NCBI GenBank assembly: GCA_041941765.1
Contig: CP145869.1
Span: forward strand, 430,313-462,312
DNA: 32,000 nucleotides
Direction: 5' to 3'
Source of the DNA: Candidatus Saccharimonadota bacterium
GTDB lineage: Bacteria > Pseudomonadota > Gammaproteobacteria > Enterobacterales > Enterobacteriaceae
This document shows positions 31,964 to 32,000 of this stretch, one piece after another. Under the pieces are notes generated by a model that saw nothing but the letters and a program-made list of their open reading frames with translations, ran no database searches and had not been told where the DNA came from. How positions within the stretch are numbered: the stretch's first letter is position 1; each line of letters begins with the position of its first letter. The position numbers and the translations under genes were made by a program.

Positions 31964-32000
31964 CGTCCCCTAGGGGAGTCGAACCCCCGTTACCGCCGTG
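31964..32000 (-). tRNA. gltT: tRNA-Glu (UUC), 3' portion; the 5' portion lies beyond the window
   Basis: The reverse complement CACGGCGGTAACGGGGGTTCGACTCCCCTAGGGGACG matches the 3' half of E. coli tRNA-Glu (…CACGGCGGUAACAGGGGUUCGAAUCCCCUAGGGGACG). This is the spacer-tRNA position upstream of 23S. Only the last anticodon base is inside the window. No CCA is encoded. Confidence 0.85.

Overview
This window is a very AT-rich (roughly 30% GC by eye), gene-dense chromosomal segment from a reduced-genome gammaproteobacterium. It looks like an Enterobacterales insect endosymbiont of the Blochmannia or Wigglesworthia type; the exact taxon cannot be fixed without a database search. Every long ORF except one is a recognisable housekeeping ortholog. 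Gene order is collinear with the E. coli K-12 map as I recall it, with large blocks deleted: clpX-clpP-tig / cyoABCD / cspE / lipA-lipB-holA-leuS / ybeY-miaB / a Met-Leu-Gln-Gln tRNA operon / glnS / fldA-ybfF / ybgI / sdhCDAB-sucABCD. The collinear part ends at sucD. There a minus-strand rRNA operon segment (tRNA-Glu, 23S, 5S, tRNA-Asp) converges on it. I found no mobile elements, CRISPR arrays, phage genes, toxin or defence cassettes, or obvious pseudogenes. The only locus outside the synteny is 18330-19100. It holds a 200-aa DsbB-family-like membrane protein with an unusual cysteine and TM layout, preceded by a 50-aa two-helix micro-ORF that falls below the ORF-track cutoff. Other points of interest are reductive-evolution signatures: missing cyoE, lptE and gltA, a collapsed tRNA operon, tRNA genes with no encoded CCA, A9-A10 slippage-prone tracts, and recoded E2 linkers. 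I do not see convincing evidence for a novel multi-gene system here.
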